From an uncultured Achromobacter sp. (GTDB lineage Bacteria > Pseudomonadota > Gammaproteobacteria > Burkholderiales > Burkholderiaceae_B), in the NCBI GenBank assembly GCA_913775005.1, contig CAJYKY010000383.1, forward strand, positions 1 to 55,190: a DNA stretch of 55,190 bases. The letters run 5' to 3'. How positions within the stretch are numbered: position 1 is the first letter of the stretch; every line of letters starts with the position of its first letter. Below the pieces are notes generated by a model that did no database searches, was not told where the DNA came from, and was given only the letters and a program-made list of their open reading frames with translations. The position numbers and the translations under genes were made by a program. Below are positions 51,993-55,190 of this stretch, one piece after another.

Positions 51993-52925
51993 GTGACAGT
52001 GAGCGCCTCGCAACAACCTCCCGTCGACCTCAGCGACATCGTCTTCACCGACTGGGTCGAACGCTGGCTTCCGAAGTCCTGGCGTCCCTACGCCCGCCTG
52101 TGCCGCCTGGACCGCCCCATCGGCACCTGGCTCACGCTGCTGCCCGCCATCGCCGCGCTGGTGCAAACGGCGGGCGGATTGCCGGATCTGCAACGCCTGA
52201 TCGTCTTCTCGCTGGGTGCGCTGTTGATGCGCGGCATCGGCTGCACCGTCAACGACATGTGCGACCGCAACTTCGACAAGCACGTCGAACGCACGCGCTT
52301 CCGGCCGCTGACCAGCGGCCAGTTGACGATGAAAAACGCCGTGTGGTTCCTGCTGGGCCAATTGCTGGTCTGCGGATCGCTGCTGTTCTTCTTGAACGAG
52401 ATGAGCCGCTGGCTGGCGGTGGCGGTGCTGCCCTTCGTCTTCATCTACCCGCTGTGCAAACGCGTCACGTATTGGCCGCAAGTCGTGCTGGGCATCTGCT
52501 TTAACTGGGGCATGCTCATGGCCTGGTCCGACACGCAGAACCACGTGCCGCTGGCCGCCATCGCCATGTGGGCGGGCGCGGTGATGTGGCAGGTGGGCTA
52601 CGACAGCATTTACGCCTATGTCGACGTGCGCGATGACCGCAGCCTGGGCCTGCATTCCACCGCGATGCGGTTTGGCGACCAGGGCAAGCTGTGGATCGGC
52701 GGCTTCTACCTGGGCACGGTCGTGCTGTGGTCCTGGGGCGGGTACGCGATGGGCTTGTCGTGGGCCTATCAGGTGGGCATTGCCGCCGTGGCGCTGCACC
52801 TGGCCTGGCAATTGAAGGTGTTCGACATCCAGCACCCCAGCCGCAACTTCATGCTGTTTCGCGCGAACCTGTGGCTGGGCGCGCTGCTGGTGGCCGCTGC
52901 GCTGGCGGGTACGCTGATCCGCTGA
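51993..52925 (+). CDS. ubiA: 4-hydroxybenzoate polyprenyltransferase
   Basis: RLDRPIG, NDMCDRNFDKHVERT..RPL, YDSIYAYVDVRDD; GTG start (51993 or 51999). Confidence 0.88.
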   Translation: MTVSASQQPPVDLSDIVFTDWVERWLPKSWRPYARLCRLDRPIGTWLTLLPAIAALVQTAGGLPDLQRLIVFSLGALLMRGIGCTVNDMCDRNFDKHVERTRFRPLTSGQLTMKNAVWFLLGQLLVCGSLLFFLNEMSRWLAVAVLPFVFIYPLCKRVTYWPQVVLGICFNWGMLMAWSDTQNHVPLAAIAMWAGAVMWQVGYDSIYAYVDVRDDRSLGLHSTAMRFGDQGKLWIGGFYLGTVVLWSWGGYAMGLSWAYQVGIAAVALHLAWQLKVFDIQHPSRNFMLFRANLWLGALLVAAALAGTLIR

Positions 52926-53010
52926 GCCGCACTGTCTTGACCCCGCGCATTGCCGCCGATGCCGGATCAAGCGATCATGACGCTTCCGCCCCGCCTTACG
53001 GAGACACCGC

Positions 53011-53415
53011 ATGCCCGCATTGATCAAATCCCTGACCGCTGCCGCCGCTGTGTGCGCGCTGGCCGGCTTCGCGCCGGCCCAAGCCGCTACCGATTGCTCG
53101 GCCCAGCGCGGCTGCGCCGCCAAGTTCTGCGAGATCGAAAACGACATTGCAGCCGCCCAGGCGCAGAACAACACCCGCCGCGAAGCCGGCCTGCGCAAGG
53201 CGCTGGCTGAAGCCCGCGCCCACTGCACCGACGGCCGCCTGCAATCCCAACGCGAAGCCGATGTGCGCGAGAAGCAAACCAAAGTGTCTGAACGCGAACA
53301 GGAACTCAAGGAAGCGCGCGCCAAGGGCAAGCAGGACAAGATCGACAAGGCCCAGCGCAAGCTGGAAGAAGCGCAATCCGAGTACAACGCCGCGCTGGTG
53401 GAACTGAACCGCTAA
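53011..53415 (+). CDS. DUF1090/YqjC-like periplasmic protein
   Basis: Signal peptide; CAAK, AGLRKALAE, coiled-coil C-terminus. Confidence 0.8.
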   Translation: MPALIKSLTAAAAVCALAGFAPAQAATDCSAQRGCAAKFCEIENDIAAAQAQNNTRREAGLRKALAEARAHCTDGRLQSQREADVREKQTKVSEREQELKEARAKGKQDKIDKAQRKLEEAQSEYNAALVELNR

Positions 53416-53453
53416 CGCCCTGCCCGCGTCGACAGACGCGTTGCTGCCATCAC

Positions 53454-53490
53454 ACAAGACCCCGGGCCTGTCCCGGGGTTTGTCGTTTCT
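53454..53490 (+). terminator. Probable Rho-independent terminator
   Basis: ACAAGACCCCGGG-cctgt-CCCGGGGTTTGT then CGTTTCT. Confidence 0.6.
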
Positions 53491-53751
53491 GAAGGTTTTC
53501 TACCCCGAGTCCGTCGTGGCCAACCCCAAGCTATCGTGTCATCAGATGGAAATATCACCACCCATGGTGCCAACATGGACAATTGACGGCGATTAGTACA
53601 TATTTTGGAAAGATGTTTTCAGGTAATAAGGGTTTATCCCGAGGTTGTTTGAGCACAGAATGCATCTCATCGGGACCACAGCAAGCGAACTCCTCGGCAA
53701 TCACGCCAGCCCAGTTCGGATCCCAAGCTCACAAGACACCGGAGGTCTGCT

Positions 53752-54144
53752 ATGAAAACCCTTGCAACCGCTTTGATGCTTTCCCTGTCCGTTATCGCCG
53801 CTGGCGCTCAAGCCGCTGAAGCCGACCAAGGCCCGACGCGCGCTCAAGTCCAAGCCGAACTGCAACAAGCCAAGGTTTCGGGCCAATACACGTTTGGCGA
53901 AGAAGGCTACCCCGCCGCCATCGCCCAGAAGTCCAGCCTGACCTCGCAACAAGTTCAAGCTGAACTGGCCCAAGCCAAGAACGCCGGCGAAGTCACTTTC
54001 GGCAACCTGGACTACCCGCCCGTCGCTTCGGCTGAACACAACACGTCGCTGACGCGTGCTCAAGTTGAATCGCAACTGGCACAAGCCAAAGCTGAAGGCC
54101 TGGTGACCTTCGGCAACATGGACTACCCCCCCATGGGCAGCTGA
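53752..54144 (+). CDS. DUF4148-type secreted repeat protein
   Basis: Signal peptide; three T(R/S)xQVxxEL/QLxQAK..G..TFG..YP repeats; RBS GGAGG. Confidence 0.85.
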   Translation: MKTLATALMLSLSVIAAGAQAAEADQGPTRAQVQAELQQAKVSGQYTFGEEGYPAAIAQKSSLTSQQVQAELAQAKNAGEVTFGNLDYPPVASAEHNTSLTRAQVESQLAQAKAEGLVTFGNMDYPPMGS

Positions 54145-54181
54145 TCCACGGGCCGAGAGGCCGTGACAGCACCCTTGCAAA

Positions 54182-54216
54182 GCCCCTCGGCCCCCCGGCC
54201 GCGGGGCGTTGTTTTT
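54182..54216 (+). terminator. Probable Rho-independent terminator
   Basis: GCCCCTCGGCC-cccc-GGCCGCGGGGC then GTTGTTTTT. Confidence 0.6.
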
Positions 54217-54291
54217 GACATAACGACAACTCGTTTAGTCATAGTGACGATTGCTTCAGCCGTTACGACACTTTTTGCTCTACAAATCGAC
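54217..54291 (+). promoter_or_regulatory. Four phased 11-bp boxes (GNC-N5-GAC-like), 21-22 bp period
   Basis: GACATAACGAC 54217, GTCATAGTGAC 54238, GCCGTTACGAC 54259, TACAAATCGAC 54281. Confidence 0.55.
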
Positions 54292-54347
54292 AACACTCCC
54301 GCATAGCATGAGGCCAACCCATCCCCCCTCATTGCAGGAGCAGCACC

Positions 54348-55190
54348 ATGTCAGCATCCCTTCGTCCGATTGTTCTGTTGGGCGCCGGAAAAATCGGCTT
54401 CGCCATCGCCCTGATGCTGGAACGCAGCGGCGACTATTCCGTGCTGGTGGCCGACCAGGACCCCGCCCGTCTGGCCGTACTGGCTGAACTGGGCTGCCAG
54501 ACGCGGCAGATCAGCGACGACGCCTCGGTGGCCAGCGCGATCGAAGGCGCCTATGCCGTCGTCAACGCCCTGCCCTTTCACCGCGCCACGGCCGTGGCCG
54601 GACTGTGCGCCAAAGCGGGCGTGCATTATTTCGACCTGACCGAAGACGTGGCCAGCACGCACGCCATCCAGGCGTTGGCGCAAGACGCGCGCAGTGTGCT
54701 GATGCCGCAATGCGGCTTGGCGCCGGGCTTCATCGGCATCGTCGGCAACGCGCTGGCGCGCCGCTTCGACACCTTGCTGGATTTGCGCATGCGTGTCGGC
54801 GCCCTGCCGCGCTATCCGTCGAACAGCCTGCGCTACAACCTGACGTGGAGCACCGAAGGCCTGATCAACGAATACTGCAACCCGTGCGAAGCCATTGTGG
54901 ATGGGCAATTGACCTCGGTGCCCGCGCTGGAAGGCTATGAAACCTTTGCGCTGGACGGGGTCGAATACGAAGCCTTCAACACGTCCGGCGGGCTGGGCAC
55001 GCTACCGGCCACGCTGCTGGGCCGCGCGCGCAATGTGGATTACAAGTCGGTGCGCTACCCGGGCCACTGCAACATCATGAAGCTGCTGCTCAATGATCTG
55101 CGCCTGCGAGACCGCCGCGACCTGCTCAAAGACATTTTCGAATCGGCCATTCCCACGACTGAGCAGGACGTCATTGTGATCCAGGCATCG
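54348..55190 (+). CDS. Saccharopine dehydrogenase/lysine 6-dehydrogenase family (3'-truncated)
   Basis: Not in the ORF track; MSASLRPIVLLGAGKIG Rossmann motif, HYFDLTED, PQCGLAPG, YNLTWSTEGLINEY, RYPGH; RBS AGGAG. Confidence 0.88.
   Translation, partial: MSASLRPIVLLGAGKIGFAIALMLERSGDYSVLVADQDPARLAVLAELGCQTRQISDDASVASAIEGAYAVVNALPFHRATAVAGLCAKAGVHYFDLTEDVASTHAIQALAQDARSVLMPQCGLAPGFIGIVGNALARRFDTLLDLRMRVGALPRYPSNSLRYNLTWSTEGLINEYCNPCEAIVDGQLTSVPALEGYETFALDGVEYEAFNTSGGLGTLPATLLGRARNVDYKSVRYPGHCNIMKLLLNDLRLRDRRDLLKDIFESAIPTTEQDVIVIQAS

Overview
High-GC betaproteobacterial chromosomal segment. Gene content and the order lipA-lipB-ybeD-dat-dacC, birA-coaX, waaA-waaC suggest Alcaligenaceae (Achromobacter/Bordetella-like); this is an inference. 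(1) 1-12.66 kb is the distal part of an ABC-transporter-dependent surface-polysaccharide locus: wzm/wzt, a GT61-like protein, a 3,4-ketoisomerase, an aminotransferase and a GT2. It ends in a tightly coupled cassette resembling the four Campylobacter jejuni phosphoramidate enzymes Cj1415-Cj1418. No methyltransferase is visible; instead there is a TagF-like transferase, an unknown protein and an atypical formyltransferase. (2) 12.7-25 kb is housekeeping: lipoate, PBP5, an MCE transporter, birA, coaX. (3) 25.2-28.8 kb is an inserted GT-C/GtrB/GtrA/QdtC-like glycosylation cassette next to waaA-waaC-wecA-pgi. (4) 34-44 kb holds transporters, clsB, aspS and a REP-like element. (5) 44-48.6 kb is a four-gene lipid/secondary-metabolite cluster with a KAS-III/heme-oxygenase-like diiron fusion and two desaturases. 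(6) A DapA paralogue is preceded by a sigma70 promoter, an unannotated 32-aa leader peptide ending KSKKQPLI, and mutually exclusive hairpins (candidate lysine-sensing attenuator). A truncated saccharopine/lysine-dehydrogenase gene at the right edge has four boxes at 21-22 bp spacing upstream. No rRNA, tRNA, CRISPR array or transposase was seen. All product calls come from motif recognition by eye, not database searches.
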